Assembly (NCBI GenBank): GCA_963804645.1
Contig: CAWDRG010000015.1
Location: 192,001-256,000 of the forward strand
Direction of reading: 5' to 3'
DNA: 64,000 nucleotides
From: an uncultured Bacillota bacterium
Lineage (GTDB): Bacteria > Sysuimicrobiota > Sysuimicrobiia > Sysuimicrobiales > Segetimicrobiaceae
Each line of letters starts with the position of its first letter. Position 1 is the stretch's first letter. Under the pieces are notes generated by a model. It saw nothing but the letters and a program-made list of their open reading frames with translations. It did not search any database and was not told the DNA's origin. Made by a program: the position numbers and the translations under genes. Positions 1 through 13,403 of the stretch are shown one piece after another.

Positions 1-804
1 GCCGACCTACGACAGTACTTCGAGACGATCCCGCACGCGGAGCTCATGCGCTGTGTAGCCCGGCGGATCAGCGACGGCAAGGTGCTGGCGTTGATCAAGG
101 CTTGGTTGCAGGCGCCGGTGGTTGAGCCGGATGACCGCGGACGGCCACGACGAAGTGGCGGGAACCATCGTCATCGCGGGACCCCGCAAGGCGGAGTGAT
201 CAGTCCGCTGCTCGCTCTGCTATACATGCGCCGGTTTCTGCTGGCATGGCAGCAACGGTATGAGCAGCAGCTCCAGGCTCGCGTGCAAGTCTATGCCGAC
301 GACTTGGTGATCTTGTGTCGCGGCACGGCCGCAGAGGCTTTGACGGCGACCCGGGATCTCATGCGGCGGATCAAGCTGGAGCTGAACGAGGAGAAGACCC
401 GGGTGGTAAACGCGCGAAGAGAGAGCTTTGACTTCCTGGGGTACACGTTTGGACCGATGTACAGTCGGAAGAACGGCTGGCGGTACTTGGGTGCAGCGCC
501 TTCCAAGGCTGGCGTTCGGCGACTGCGACAGGATGTCCACCGCTATCTGAGTCCGCACAATCAGAGTCCGATGGACGAGGTGATTACACACCTCAATCGG
601 CTGCTCGTAGGCTGGCAGCATTTCTTCAGCTACGGGACAGTGACCAAGACGTACCGGCAAGTTGACCGGTACGTGACGGATCGGCTCCGACGATTCCTTG
701 TGCGACGGCATAAGATCAGTGGCCGGGGCACCCGACAGTTTCCGAACCGACGCCTGTACCGGGAGTGCGGTCTGCACCCGCTCACGCCGTCGAGCGTGTG
801 GTAA
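1..804 (+). CDS. ltrA: Group II intron reverse transcriptase/maturase, 5'-truncated by window edge, no endonuclease domain
   Basis: Motifs (A)DLRQYFETIPH, GTPQGGVISPLL, YADD, FDFLGYTF; X/thumb domain LNRLLVGWQHFF; stop shortly after the X domain. Confidence 0.95.
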   Translation, partial: ADLRQYFETIPHAELMRCVARRISDGKVLALIKAWLQAPVVEPDDRGRPRRSGGNHRHRGTPQGGVISPLLALLYMRRFLLAWQQRYEQQLQARVQVYADDLVILCRGTAAEALTATRDLMRRIKLELNEEKTRVVNARRESFDFLGYTFGPMYSRKNGWRYLGAAPSKAGVRRLRQDVHRYLSPHNQSPMDEVITHLNRLLVGWQHFFSYGTVTKTYRQVDRYVTDRLRRFLVRRHKISGRGTRQFPNRRLYRECGLHPLTPSSVW

Positions 805-834
805 TTTCGTGAGCCTGGTGTGAACTCAGTCCGA

Positions 835-992
835 GAGCCGGATGCGGCAACTCCGCACGTCCGGTTCGATGAGAAGGGATCAGAAACGTGTGCGACCGGA
901 ACACGGCATGGGCTTGCAGGCCACCGACGGAGGTGGATAGGGCTGAATTGCCTGACGGACGAGCCGCACGGCGCGCTGATCCCTTACTCTAC
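835..992 (+). ncRNA. Group II intron domains V and VI (3' end of intron)
   Basis: DV gagccggatgcggcaactccgcacgtccggttc (835-867); DVI stem agaagggatcag...ctgatccctt-a-ctct-ac with bulged A, ending AC at 992. Confidence 0.9.
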
Positions 993-1215
993 CGGTCATT
1001 CAACGGCCGGTTGCGGACGCGGCGATTGAGCGGATGGGTTGGAATAGTCGCCATGCAGGGGAAGGGGGCCGCGCGTCCACACATGGTGCGGCCCTTTTAG
1101 TCCGTCTTCGAGGAGGCCTACACGGCGAGTGTGCCTTCGGGTGTCCGGACTGACCCGACGACCGATGCCGCGACACGGACCGTGCTAGACCAGGATAACG
1201 CGGGTATCGGACGAA

Positions 1216-3932
1216 ATGAGTTCCGGGACGATGGTGCCCCGCGACGATATTGTGAGCACAAAGCTGCGCATCCCGCACGTCCGGCCACACCTCGTGCACC
1301 GGGAGCGATTGATCGCGCGGCTTGAGGCCGGTCGTGATGGTCTTCTCACGCTGGTTTGCGCCCCGGCTGGCTTCGGGAAGACCACCCTGATTGTCGACTG
1401 GCTTCGATCGAGGGCAGTGGACGCGCAGGTCCAGATCCCCGTTGCGTGGCTCTCTCTCGACGAAAGCGATAACGATCCGATCCAGTTCATCCGTCTCCTT
1501 ACCGCCGCAGTCGACAACGCCATCCCGGGGATAGGGAAGACAATCTTGGCAATGACCCAGTCGCCCCAGCCGCCGCGGTTAGAAACGCTACTCACCATCC
1601 TCATCAACGAGCTCGTGGCGGTTCAGCAGAGGGTCATCCTGGTGCTGGAAGACTACCATGTCATCCGGCAAACGTCCGTTCAGGCGGCCGTCGCGTTCCT
1701 GCTCGAGCATCTGCCACAGGCTCTCCACATGGTCATCGCGACCCGCGAGGATCCGCCGTTTCCACTCACCCAACTGCGGGCCCGCGGAGCTCTGTGCGAG
1801 GTGCGGGCGGGCGACCTCCGTTTCACGATCGGGGAGACTGCCGCGTTTCTCCGAGATGTGATGGGACTTTCGGTGTCCGCTCAGGATGCGGCCGCCCTTC
1901 GGGCGCGGATGGAGGGATGGATCGTCGGGCTGCAGTTGGCCAGCCTCTCGGTCCAGGGAAATGTGGCCGGCTTCATCGCGGCCGTCGAAGGTTCCGATCG
2001 CAACATCCTCGATTATCTGCGTGAGGAGGTGCTCGCGCACCAGCGGCCCGCGGTCCACGACTTTCTGTTGCGTACGGCCGTGCTCGATCGCTTGACTGGT
2101 CCTCTTTGCGACGCGATTCTCGGAAATCAGCAACCGGGCGCTTCCCAGGGGCTGCTCGAGGAGATCGAGCGCCGCAACCTCTTTCTTGTCTCGCTCGATG
2201 CGGACCGACTGTGGTATCGTTATCACCCCCTATTTGCCAATCTCCTGTATCTGCAGCTTCGGTACACGCAGCCGACCGTCATCCCTGAACTGCACCGGCG
2301 CGCGAGTGTGTGGTTTGAGGAGCAAGAGATGATGGGCCAGGCGATCCGGCACGCCCTGGCGGCGGCCGACTTTGACCGCGCAGCTCGTCTCATTACGCGC
2401 GAGGGCGTGCACGCGATTACACGCGGTGAGGTCCATACGGTGCTGGGCTGGTTCGAGGCCCTTCCCGCTGACCGGGCGCGAACACAACCGCTGCTCGGCA
2501 CCGTGCATGCGATCGCGTTGGTCATTGCCAATCAACTCGAACGCGCCGAAGCTCGTCTTCGGGATGCGGAGCGCCACCTCCCCTTCGATGCCCTCCCGGC
2601 GGAGGCGGAGCTCGTGCGGGGACGCGTCGCGCTGTTCCGTTCGATTATTGGCGTCACCACCGGCAATCTTGCGGGGAACGCGATGCTCGCGACCGAGGCG
2701 CTGCGCCTCCTGCCGGAAGACGATCTCTGGGGCCGGTCCACGGCACAGACGCTCGCTGCCCTCGCGTTCAGAGCGAGCGGGGATGCCTCGATCGACGCCG
2801 AGCATACGGTCGCCGAGGCGGTGCGGCACGTCAGGCTCAACGGCATCCCGGTCCTCATGCGCGTGAGCCTCGGGGCGCTGGGGCTGTTGTACATGAGCCA
2901 GGGGCGGCTTCGACGAGCGGCGGCACAGTTCGCTGAGGCGGTGCAAGTGTTGGACGCCGGACTTCCTCTCGGCTTCCCACTGCCCGCCTTCGGCTACGGA
3001 GAACTCCTTGCGGGAGTGGAACGAACTCGACCAAGCCGAGCTCTTCCTGACTCAAGGCATTGCGGCGCTCACGGACAGCAACCTCTTTGACGCGTATGCC
3101 GCGGCGAACGGGTACATCTCTCTCGCTTATCTGTGGCAGGCGCGCGGCGATGCCGGTCGTGCCATCGCGACGCTCGACGCGTTCACTGTTTTGACGAAGC
3201 AGCGAGAGATGGGCGGCGGTCGCGCCTCGAGTGGCCGCCGCTCGAGCGCATCTCTGGTTGATGCAGGGCAACCTCGCGGCGGCGACCCGTTGGGCGAACT
3301 CGAGTGGCGTCGATCTGGAGGAGTCCGTCAGTTTCCTCCGGGAACCGGAGTACTTCATCGTGGCACGTGTAATGATCGCGAAGAAGAACCGTGCCGTACT
3401 CGCGTTGCTCGATCGGCTCTTGCAGGACGCCGAAAGCCGTGGCCGGATGGGGAGCGCGATTCGGATCCTAGTCCTTCGCGCCCTGGGTCTTCAGGCGCTT
3501 GCGGACCCCGCCGGCGCCCTCCACGCTCTCGAGAAGGCGCTCGCCCTCGGCGCCCCTGAGGGCTACGTGCGCGTGTTCGTCGATGAGGGTGCCCCGATGG
3601 CCAAGTTGCTGCGCCGCGCGCGCGTCGGGGGGATCGTACCGGACCACGCCGCTCGACTGCTCGGTGTGTTTCGAGGCCCGGCGGCGGATGTCTCGACGGG
3701 GAGCGCTCCGCATCAACCGGGGGGCCCGGGCGCGTTCGCAGAACCGCTCACGGATCGCGAGCGCGAGATCCTGCGGCTCATTGTGGCGGGGGCGTCGAAC
3801 CGGGAGATCGCTCGGAGGTTAGTCGTCACGACAAATACCGTGAAAGTACACGTGTATCATCTCTTCGGAAAATTGGACGTCAAGAGCCGCACACAGGCGG
3901 TGATTAAGGCAAAGGAACTCGGGCTCGACTAG
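1216..3932 (+). CDS. MalT-like ATP-dependent LuxR-family regulator, with frameshifts near 3010 and 3230
   Basis: STKLRIP start, Walker A APAGFGKTT, WLSLDESDND, WYRYHPLF, C-terminal HTH PLTDREREILRLI...SNREIARRLVVTTNTVKVH; split over three frames. Confidence 0.9.
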
Positions 3933-4020
3933 CTGTCTCGTCGTTTTTTCCCGCCAGAATATTAGCCCCGCGTACTACTTAAGTAGGGCGAAGCCGATTG
4001 CCCGGATGCGCTAGGATTAC
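3879..4020 (+). repeat. Direct repeat copy 1 (~140 bp: end of luxR gene plus downstream palindrome)
   Basis: gtcaagagccgcacacaggcggtgat...gcgtactacttaagtagggcgaagccga...taggatt recurs at 7596-7733. Confidence 0.9.
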
Positions 4021-4084
4021 GGCGTGCGAACGGTCGCGGCCGCAGCGCAAGAGCTAAGATCGCCGCCAGTCGCCGTTTCGCATC

Positions 4085-4220
4085 CCGCGCCAAGGTGGTC
4101 AAGGGCGGCTTGCACTTGTGCGCGCCCAACTACCGCCTGCGCTATCGCCCGGCGACGCGGCAGCCGCAGACGATTGATGCCGGGATGAGCCACATCGGGT
4201 TCTGCTGCGTCGCCCGCACC
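4085..4220 (+). pseudogene. C-terminal remnant of a formylglycine-generating-enzyme (SUMF1/FGE-sulfatase) family gene
   Basis: KVVKGGLHLCAPNYRLRYRPATRQPQTIDAGMSHIGFCCV resembles the family tail KGGSHLCAPNYCxRYRPAAR...SHIGFRC; no N-terminus. Confidence 0.7.
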
Positions 4221-4397
4221 GGCGGGACCGGGACCCGGGATGCAGGTAAAGACCAGGATCCGGTTCGTCATCACCGTGACGGGGACCGGCGGCGGTTTCC
4301 GGTCGGGCGATCACTTCAGCGCAGGGAGGTGGGATTACAAAGTCATCAGATGGTCGCTACGGTACGCCTAAATCGTAGAGAGAAGGATGGTGGTGGA

Positions 4398-5018
4398 ATG
4401 TCCAGCATGCTTCGGATGTCCAAAGTGGCGGTGCTTGTTGCCGTGGCGCTCGTTGTGGGGATGCTTCCGCTTCAGCTCAACGCGCAGTCGATGCCGACGA
4501 CGATGGCGACGCTCCCAGCAAATCCGCCGACATGGTACCACGGGGACACATGGACCTGGACGGGCCCCCAGGGGGGCATGATGGCCATGATGGTAGAGAG
4601 CGCCGCGACCGATGGGTCATACACGATCTCCGGCATGGGCGCCGGTGTGCGGCCCAACATGGAGTGGGGTGCCCTCTTTCAGAAGCAGCAGGTCGGCAAC
4701 TTCTTGTTCCTGGACTGGCCCCTGACCGCCAACAAGAAGTGGACGGATCAGGGTACCAGGTTCGATTACGTGTGGCGAGTCGGCCCGGTGCAGTCGGTGA
4801 CGGTGCCGGCCGGTACGTTCTCAGCCGTGGAGCTCCTGTGTTCGGTTCTGACGAAGCCGGCTGGGAACCCGCCGGTACAGCAGCAGGCGGGCACAGGGTT
4901 TGCCTGGTACGCGCCGTCGGCAAAGACCATCGTGAAGCTCCAGTTCGGACCGGAGGCCTCGTGGCCGGCCGGGGTCCGAAACAAGTCGGTCGTGTTGACG
5001 AAGTACACGATTCACTAA
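4398..5018 (+). CDS. Secreted hypothetical protein
   Basis: Signal peptide MSKVAVLVAVALVVGMLPLQLNAQ; VTVPAGTF and WYAP motifs; coding-like codon bias. Confidence 0.75.
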   Translation: MSSMLRMSKVAVLVAVALVVGMLPLQLNAQSMPTTMATLPANPPTWYHGDTWTWTGPQGGMMAMMVESAATDGSYTISGMGAGVRPNMEWGALFQKQQVGNFLFLDWPLTANKKWTDQGTRFDYVWRVGPVQSVTVPAGTFSAVELLCSVLTKPAGNPPVQQQAGTGFAWYAPSAKTIVKLQFGPEASWPAGVRNKSVVLTKYTIH

Positions 5019-5304
5019 ATCGAGCTTTGTTGGGGGAGGCATTATCGTGGCTACCGGTTCGGCGAGTGGGCCGTGTGCGTGTGCGTGCTCAACTCCATGG
5101 TGCTGGCGAGTGCTTCCCCCACGTCGCGGCGGCAACAGGTCATTGATACGCGGGGACCACGTAGATGCGCCGGAGCGCTGATTGGGAGACCCATGAATGC
5201 AGAGTGCGCCGTTATACTTGCAGCGAAAGCTGGCGAAGACGACGGAACTCATGAGGATCAGCTGCCAACTTCTCACGATAAGCAGTTCAATGACTAAGGA
5301 GAGC

Positions 5305-6090
5305 ATGATGCTACTCGAAAGCAAATCAGCCATCGTCACCGGCGCGGCCGGCGGAATCGGCAAAGCGATTGCGGAGGTGTTTGCCCGCGAAGGCGCCAAG
5401 GTCGCAATCGCCGACCTCAACAAACAAGGAGCCGACGCGACCGCGAAAGAGTTCTGCGCGAAGGGCGGGGTTGCACTCGCAGTAGCCATGGACGTCACTG
5501 ACGAGCAAGCCGTGAACAAGGGCGTGGCTACCGTTGTTTCCGCGTTCGGCGGAGTCGATATCCTCGTCAGCAACGCCGGTATTCAGATCGTCCATCCCAT
5601 CGAAGAGTTTAGTTACGCCGAGTGGAAGACGATGATGGCCATCCACCTCGATGGCGCGTTCTTGACCACGCGGGCCTGTATTCCGCACATGTACAAGTCT
5701 GGCCGGGGTGGCAGCATCATCTACATGGGTTCGGTCCACTCTAAGTTAGCCTCAGTACTGAAAGCGCCTTACGTGACTGCGAAGCATGGCCTCCTGGGGC
5801 TTGCCAGGACGATTGCCAAGGAGGGCGCGGAACATGGCGTGCGCACCAATGTGATCTGCCCCGGCTTCGTGCGCACGCAGCTGGTCGAGAAGCAAATTCC
5901 AGAGCAGGCGGAAACGCTGGGCATTTCCGAAGAGGACGTCATCAAGAAGGTTATGCTCAAGGACACGGTCGATGGCGAATTCACTACGTTAGCGGACGTT
6001 GCCGCAGCGGCTTTGTTCTTCGCCGCTTTCCCCACCAATGCGTTGACTGGTCAATCGCTGGTCGTCAGCCACGGCTGGTTCATGGAGTAG
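5305..6090 (+). CDS. bdhA: 3-hydroxybutyrate dehydrogenase (SDR)
   Basis: [60 protein letters not shown] aaggag. Confidence 0.9.
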   Translation: MMLLESKSAIVTGAAGGIGKAIAEVFAREGAKVAIADLNKQGADATAKEFCAKGGVALAVAMDVTDEQAVNKGVATVVSAFGGVDILVSNAGIQIVHPIEEFSYAEWKTMMAIHLDGAFLTTRACIPHMYKSGRGGSIIYMGSVHSKLASVLKAPYVTAKHGLLGLARTIAKEGAEHGVRTNVICPGFVRTQLVEKQIPEQAETLGISEEDVIKKVMLKDTVDGEFTTLADVAAAALFFAAFPTNALTGQSLVVSHGWFME

Positions 6091-6204
6091 AGTTTCCGCG
6101 TCTCGGCAGACCGGCTCAGAGAACCATCTTTTCACTCACGGATCGGGGTGTGCTCAGGTGGTAAGTTAGACGGCGGCGAGAGACAGCAGGGTGAAGGAGG
6201 AGCG

Positions 6205-6948
6205 ATGCAGCCGGTTGGAAGAGCGCTGGATGTGGCTCTGATCATCATGCAGAGCGGCGGCTCGACCGTCATGGCGGAGCGCACGTTCCAGAACATCCTC
6301 AGGGGATACGGTGCGGAAGGAATTTCCGCAGCGTGGCGGCTGGATGTCGTCACCGCATTCGGGGTGGCGGAAGGCCGGTCTTCGACGGTGCTGCGGCAGG
6401 TTGGCCCCATCGGCATCAACCTCGTGCGCGCGTCCAATGCAGCGGTCCTTGGCGAGCAGGTGGCACAGGGAACGATCGATGTCGCGCAACTCGATGCCGA
6501 GATCGCCCGCGTCAAGGCGCTCGCGCCTCCCTACGGCCGCTGGGCAACAATCGCCGCGGCTGCTCTCACGGCCGCGTTCTTTGCCCGGCTTCTCGGAGGT
6601 GATTGGCGGGCAGCCGGCATCGTCCTTGTGGCTGCGGGCATTGGACAGTTCTTTCGCTCTCCGCTGCAGGCCCTAAAAGTCTCAGGCGCTAACGCGACCC
6701 TCATTTGTGCCCTGATCTCGACGTGCGTCGCCGCTTTGGGGATACGGTTGGGTGTCAGCCATGTGGTGCCGGCGACACTGATCGCCTCGATTATCTACAT
6801 GGTACCCGGGCTCGCGTTGATCAATGGGTTTGTGGACGTGGTGTCTCAGAAGCATCTGCTTGTGGGATTGGAACGGATCGCAAACGCCGTGTTTTTGTTC
6901 TTGGTTTTGGCGATTGCCATTGCGGTCGCTGACACATTTGTGTTGTAA
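6205..6948 (+). CDS. Threonine/serine exporter family (ThrE-like) subunit 1
   Basis: IMQSGGSTVMAE N-terminus, multiple TM helices, MVPGLALINGFVD; RBS ggagg. Confidence 0.75.
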   Translation: MQPVGRALDVALIIMQSGGSTVMAERTFQNILRGYGAEGISAAWRLDVVTAFGVAEGRSSTVLRQVGPIGINLVRASNAAVLGEQVAQGTIDVAQLDAEIARVKALAPPYGRWATIAAAALTAAFFARLLGGDWRAAGIVLVAAGIGQFFRSPLQALKVSGANATLICALISTCVAALGIRLGVSHVVPATLIASIIYMVPGLALINGFVDVVSQKHLLVGLERIANAVFLFLVLAIAIAVADTFVL

Positions 6949-7042
6949 GTTGCACAGATGACGGAGATGTCATCAAAGTTCCAAGATCGTGGCGGTTGTA
7001 TCAAAGATGTATTCGCAGCCTCGGCTACGGCGGAGGAGATAC

Positions 7043-7528
7043 ATGGACCTATCTGTGATCCTCATCAATAGTTTTTGGTCGGGCCTCGTCGCCGGCGGCG
7101 TGTCGGTTCTTTTCACCGCTCCGCCTCAATTTGTGCCCCTTGCATTAATCGGCGGTTTTGCTGGTCGGTGTGCTCGTGATATTTGTCTGAGTTGGGGACT
7201 GACTCAGAACGTGTCAGTCTTTATTGGAGCGTTAGTGGTTGTCCTAATTGCGGTGGCCGTTGCCCGGCGTCATGTGGTATCCCCCGTCGTCTTGATCGCC
7301 GGCGTCATTCCGCTCGGTGCTGCGGTAGCTATGTTCAACGTGATCATCGGACTCATGAAGATCTCCTCCCTTTCTGGAGAGGCGCAGACTGTGGCATCGG
7401 TTGCGTTGAGTGCCAACGTAGGCACAGTGGTTACCACCACCCTCGCAATTGCTGTAGGACTCGGAATCGGGATGGCTATCGTGCGGTCTTTCCAGCGGGA
7501 CACGGATCAGCCACAAGTGGGTGCATGA
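7043..7528 (+). CDS. ThrE_2-like membrane subunit
   Basis: LFTAPP and IAGVIPL motifs, 5 TM segments, adjacent to ThrE-like gene; RBS ggagga. Confidence 0.7.
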   Translation: MDLSVILINSFWSGLVAGGVSVLFTAPPQFVPLALIGGFAGRCARDICLSWGLTQNVSVFIGALVVVLIAVAVARRHVVSPVVLIAGVIPLGAAVAMFNVIIGLMKISSLSGEAQTVASVALSANVGTVVTTTLAIAVGLGIGMAIVRSFQRDTDQPQVGA

Positions 7529-7595
7529 GTCTTTCGAGTCGCTTCTCCAACGGGCCTTCAGTCACTCCGACGCACTATAGCAATTCGGGGTTGGA

Positions 7596-7733
7596 GTCAA
7601 GAGCCGCACACAGGCGGTGATCACGGCAAAGGAACTCAGGCTCGACGAGCTGCACGGTCGTTTTTCCCCGCAAAAGTGGCCCGGCGTACTACTTAAGTAG
7701 GGCGAAGCCGACCGCCCGGATGCGTTAGGATTG
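7596..7733 (+). repeat. Direct repeat copy 2 of 3879-4020
   Basis: Diverged copy retaining palindrome ctacttaagtag at 7689-7700. Confidence 0.9.
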
Positions 7734-7900
7734 CACCGTGGGCACGGTGGAGGCGGCAGAAGTCTCGGACAGAGTATGGCGCCGTTGCGAGCCGGGTGGG
7801 GGCGTTGAAGCATCATGGTGTGGGTTGGGGAGGTTCTTGTGCAGCCCCCGGACCGGCCTCGCCGGACTCACGGCTGGTCGAACGTCAAAGGCGTGGAGTG

Positions 7901-8155
7901 ATGGGTGAGCGGTATCGGCAGGAGCGAGCCTGGTATGTTATCCGCGTGCGCGGAAAGTTGGACCCGGCATCGTCCGCATGGTTTGACGGATTCACCGCCG
8001 TGCACGATTCGGTCGGAGACACCGTTCTCTCCGGTGAGGTGGTTGACCAGGCCGCGTTTTACGGGGCGATCAGTCGTGCACGCGACCTCGGCCTCACGAT
8101 CATCAGCGTCGAACGACTCGGGCACCCTCCAGCGGTTCGTCGGGAAGCGACATGA
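7901..8155 (+). CDS. Small conserved protein of the type usually found just downstream of MalT-like LuxR genes
   Basis: [16 protein letters not shown]....[31 protein letters not shown] pattern. Confidence 0.75.
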   Translation: MGERYRQERAWYVIRVRGKLDPASSAWFDGFTAVHDSVGDTVLSGEVVDQAAFYGAISRARDLGLTIISVERLGHPPAVRREAT

Positions 8156-8303
8156 CCTCTCACGTTCGGAGGTCCCCCAGGTGGATCCCGACAGCGACGG
8201 GGGTCCCGTAGCAGAGTGGGTCGGGACTACTCCAGTCGTCTCGTACGCTAGCCGGTTGGCGTTGGGGCAGTGGTTCTCGCGATGCGCCTTGGGGAGGGAG
8301 CTC

Positions 8304-11088
<2,785 letters not shown>

Positions 11089-11270
11089 CATGCGCGAGCG
11101 GCACCATGAGAGCCACACCCGCGTCACGCTGCCGCAGCCGTCCCGAGTGCCGGACCTGGAGGCCGCGGACGACGATCAGGCACGCCCTGGGATTACGGAT
11201 TGCCTCGGCTTACGGCAAAGCAGTACGGCGGCCAAATAATAGCGGTAGTCGCGTGAAGGAGGAGAGATCG

Positions 11271-11831
11271 ATGCTGGTATTAGCGCGCCTTGCCCGAAAC
11301 TGGTGGACGCTCGTGCTACGCGGATTGATCGCGATCATCTTTGGCATTCTCGCGCTCGTGCAACCCGGCATGACCCTTGGGGTCCTGGTGCTGCTGATCG
11401 GGTTGTGGGCCCTCTTCGACGGCATCCTGGCCCTAATCAGTTCGATTGGAGCGGCCCAATCCGGTGAGCCGTGGTGGCCGTTGGTACTGGCCGGGCTATT
11501 GAGCGTGGCGGTGGGACTGCTGGTGCTGCGGTGGCCGGGCATCACCGCGCTGGTGCTCCTCTTCATCATCGCCTACTGGGCGATCTTGACGGGCATCCTC
11601 CAGATCGCCGCCGCGATCCGGCTGCGGCACGAGGTCCAGGGCGACTTCTGGTTCCTCCTCGGCGGGATCGCCTCGGTGGTCTTCGGGATCCTCGTGATCG
11701 GGAATCCGGGCTCGGGCGCGCTTGCCATAATCTGGTTGATCGGCCTGTATGCTTTGATTCTCGGCATCGCGCTCATGCTGGCCGGGTTCCGCCTCAAGGG
11801 CGTGGCGGCGAACCTGCCGGCTGTCCAGTGA
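11271..11831 (+). CDS. HdeD/DUF308 family membrane protein
   Basis: NWWTLVLRGLIAIIFGILA, repeated TM hairpins; RBS aaggagg. Confidence 0.85.
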   Translation: MLVLARLARNWWTLVLRGLIAIIFGILALVQPGMTLGVLVLLIGLWALFDGILALISSIGAAQSGEPWWPLVLAGLLSVAVGLLVLRWPGITALVLLFIIAYWAILTGILQIAAAIRLRHEVQGDFWFLLGGIASVVFGILVIGNPGSGALAIIWLIGLYALILGIALMLAGFRLKGVAANLPAVQ

Positions 11832-11990
11832 GTTGCGCGCGGTAGCCGCCGAAGGAAGAGACCACACGCGGGAGGCGTCGAACTGAGTCAGTCGAGCGAT
11901 CTGGGATCGGAGGTCGGTTCTGAGCCTTCTCCGAGGCCCGGGCCAAGGAGTGCCTCCGCCGGGGCGAGCACTCCATCGCAACCCGACACT

Positions 11991-13055
11991 TTGACCCGGG
12001 TCATCCGCGTGCTCGGCCTCGTCCTGCTCCTGGTATTCCTGCTGTGGTTGGCGTACAAGGTGCGCCTTGTCCTGTTGCTGCTGGTCGCCAGCATCATGGT
12101 GGCGTACGCGCTGGAGCCGCTCGTCCGCTTCTTCAGCCGGGGCCAGCCGCAGCGGCGTGGCCTCGGCACCGCCCTCGCATTCGCGACGGTGTTCGCCGGC
12201 CTCGCACTCGTCGGCATGGTCACCCTCGGCCCGGCGGTGGGCCAGGGCGCGGCCCTCGGGTCCGCGTTGGCCGGCTACGCGCAGCACTTCCACCCGGAGA
12301 GCGTCACCTCTTTTTCCAACCGGCTCAAGGCCGGGCTGGCCCCGAACCTGCGTACGCTCTTTGACAACGTCGAGGCGCAGCTCGTGAAATGGCTGAGCCA
12401 GGCGGGCGGGGGCGTCGCGCAGATGGGCGTCGCGTGGGCGAGTGCGGTGCCGACCCTCCTCGCGTACGCCGCGCTGATCCTCTCGATGACCGGTCTGATC
12501 CTCGGGAGCAAGGCGTACTTCAAGCGGCAGGTGTTCGATGTCATTCCGACCGCGTGGCAGGCCGACGCCGAGACCCTGTTCGGGCAGATCGATCAGGCCC
12601 TCGCCGCGTACGTACGCGGCACCCTGGTCATCGCCGCGGGCGTGGGCATCCTCCTCACGCTCGGCATGCTGCTCCTGGGCGTGCACTACGCGCTGCCGAT
12701 CGGGCTGTTCGCCGCGGTGATGCAGTTGGTGCCAGTCGTCGGCGGCGCGCTCGGGCTCATCGGGGCCGTGACCGTCGCCGCGTTCCAGAGCGTGCCGGTG
12801 GCGATCGAAGTCCTCGTGCTCTTCTCCGTGATGTTCTTCGTCTCCGGCAACATCCTCGGCCCCAAGGTCATGGGGAGGGCGGTGGCGATTAACCCGCTCG
12901 TCATCCTGGTCGTGACGTTCGCCGGGACGCTGCTCGGAGGGTTCGTGGGTCTGCTGCTGGCCGTGCCGGTCACAGCGATCCTGCGGGTCATCATCGCGTT
13001 CGTCTATCAGCGGTGCGCGGCCGCGTGGCACCTAGGCCCCGGTGCGTCATCGTAA
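11991..13055 (+). CDS. AI-2E family transporter
   Basis: AYALEPLV, YVRG, GNILGPKVMGRAVAINP, GFVGLLLAVP. Confidence 0.85.
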   Translation: MTRVIRVLGLVLLLVFLLWLAYKVRLVLLLLVASIMVAYALEPLVRFFSRGQPQRRGLGTALAFATVFAGLALVGMVTLGPAVGQGAALGSALAGYAQHFHPESVTSFSNRLKAGLAPNLRTLFDNVEAQLVKWLSQAGGGVAQMGVAWASAVPTLLAYAALILSMTGLILGSKAYFKRQVFDVIPTAWQADAETLFGQIDQALAAYVRGTLVIAAGVGILLTLGMLLLGVHYALPIGLFAAVMQLVPVVGGALGLIGAVTVAAFQSVPVAIEVLVLFSVMFFVSGNILGPKVMGRAVAINPLVILVVTFAGTLLGGFVGLLLAVPVTAILRVIIAFVYQRCAAAWHLGPGASS

Positions 13056-13403
13056 ACCGGCCGGCCCGGTTGCAGCGCCACACCGCGGTCGCGCCGGTGG
13101 AGATCGTTTCCCTACGGCTAAAATTCCGGCATGCGATCGAGACGATCGCTGCGGAACATCGTGCCGGGAGCCTGGCGCCACGGACATCGAGGCATTTGTG
13201 GACAAGGCGGCCGTCAGGCAGATCGCCCGGCCCTTTGACGGACGACGCCGGGGCGCGCAGCGGCGCATGAACGCCGGCTGTGGGTTTGTCGGGCAAGAGT
13301 TCAAGGCGAACTGACGCGAACGTTCGGCGCCCGAATCCTCTGTGGAGCACGGGCGGCGTGGGCGCCCCGTGAATGCGACCAGCGAGCAACCGGAGGTACT
13401 GAG

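Noticed and set aside
1..804. RT as retron, DGR or CRISPR-associated RT
   Set aside because: Has an X domain and is followed directly by canonical intron DV/DVI.
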